A stretch of DNA of 64,000 nucleotides from Octopus sinensis (lineage: Eukaryota): assembly GCF_006345805.1 (NCBI RefSeq), contig NC_043000.1, positions 151,900,001 to 151,964,000 on the forward strand. The letters are read 5' to 3'. Below the pieces are notes generated by a model. It was not told the origin of the DNA and ran no database searches. It saw only the letters and a list, made by a program, of their open reading frames with translations. This document shows, in pieces, positions 63,001 through 64,000 of this stretch. Made by a program: the position numbers and the translations under genes. Numbering within the stretch: the first letter of the stretch is position 1; each line of letters starts with the position of its first letter.

Positions 63001-63468
63001 GTTCAGATGTCGCTCTGTACGTTTCCTTTCGACTGTCATGTAACAGCAATCCCTCACCGACGGAAAGACAAGAGGTTTTCGAATAAAGTCTAGCTTTGCT
63101 CTTTTCTGTTTTTTCATTATTATTAATAATCGCCTTTTTTCATTATAATAATTCATTATTTCTTCTTTTAAAATTATTCCAATTTTTTTTCCAAGATAAA
63201 TGCTATAATTTCTGAATATTTAAAATATCTAAGAGTAAAGATACTAAGATATCAGCTGATTTATTTGTCTCTCTGTTGTAGAATTAAGTCAGCTGTATGC
63301 AAATTGGCTTATTTAGGCGTAAATAAAAATTATAATGGGGAAACAAGTGTAACCACGAGTTGTTATGAGATGTATCTTTGACAATAGTGTCAAAATTATG
63401 CATAAAACTCCGAGGCAGGGGTGGGTATTATTCGTTTATAATTTAGTTGGGTCTACCCAACCAGAAGT

Positions 63469-63482
63469 GTCGCCATAGCAAC
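63469..63482. promoter_or_regulatory. RFX X-box GTCGCCATAGCAAC
   Basis: Close match to the X-box palindrome GTYNCCATRGNAAC, at the start of a CpG-rich block (63460-63670). Confidence 0.55.
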
Positions 63483-64000
63483 TGTCACAGAGATATTCTG
63501 GAGTTGAGCATAACACAGAGACAGAGAGAGAGAGAGCGCTGCGGCTGGGAAAATTTGGTACTGGAACTTGCGAGTCACGAGTTCGTTCCTCACAGCAGCT
63601 GTTGCAGGCTTCGGCAACAAGACATTTAACGAAACTTGTCAAAGGGTTCCTCTGGGCACCATTCAAGAACATGTAACTAATAAATGTCGAGCATCGATTA
63701 TCTCCCTTGAAATATTGTTTGTTTATATTTTAATACACTTTTTTTTTTTTACTATTGACGGGAAAAGGAACCAATTTTTACATATTAGAAGCAAATAAAC
63801 AATAAAAATACTTTTTAAATTTGAAATCAATAATAAATAAGTTGTCCAATTATTTTGTATTTCCTTGTTTTATTTTTATCCTATACAAATCGTTGATGAA
63901 GCAAAACAAAAAAAAATCGCGGTTTAAAAACTCGCTCAGTCAACGTTTCTAAGTAACGGGCATATATTTGTATACCTAATTTTATTTACCTATTATTATT

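Noticed and set aside
63436-63798. Short ORFs in the CpG-rich block
   Set aside because: No homology recognised; one crosses a (GA)n tract; more likely 5' UTR or promoter.

Overview
AT-rich, repeat-dense animal DNA. The SINE and microsatellite landscape looks like an Octopus genome (inference; the species cannot be determined). The only host protein gene I can support is a complete 9-exon SPOP/roadkill orthologue (MATH-BTB-BACK Cullin-3 adaptor, 374 aa) on the minus strand, CDS 58551 to 34961, with all splice sites and phases reconstructed by hand. A CpG-rich candidate promoter region lies at about 62.9-63.7 kb (NRF1-like site, RFX X-box). The rest is transposon-derived: four tRNA-headed SINE families, an RTE-tailed repeat family, CR1 and RTE LINE fragments, a decayed Gypsy pol, decayed Penelope-like (PLE) ORF remnants, a Tigger fragment, non-autonomous Helitrons, hAT/piggyBac/Merlin-like MITEs and long microsatellites. 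The most unusual signal is a set of type I hammerhead-ribozyme-like motifs, most with a self-complementary stem III (9886-9927, 14531-14608, 15106-15196, 20236-20271, 20617-20661, plus a decayed one at 31371-31498). Several have non-canonical cores, and one sits in a 584-bp tandem/fold-back unit resembling a PLE terminal repeat or retrozyme. A CR1 LINE and the main SINE share a 3' stem-loop with compensatory changes. Repeat boundaries are approximate and were read by eye; no searches or folding were run.
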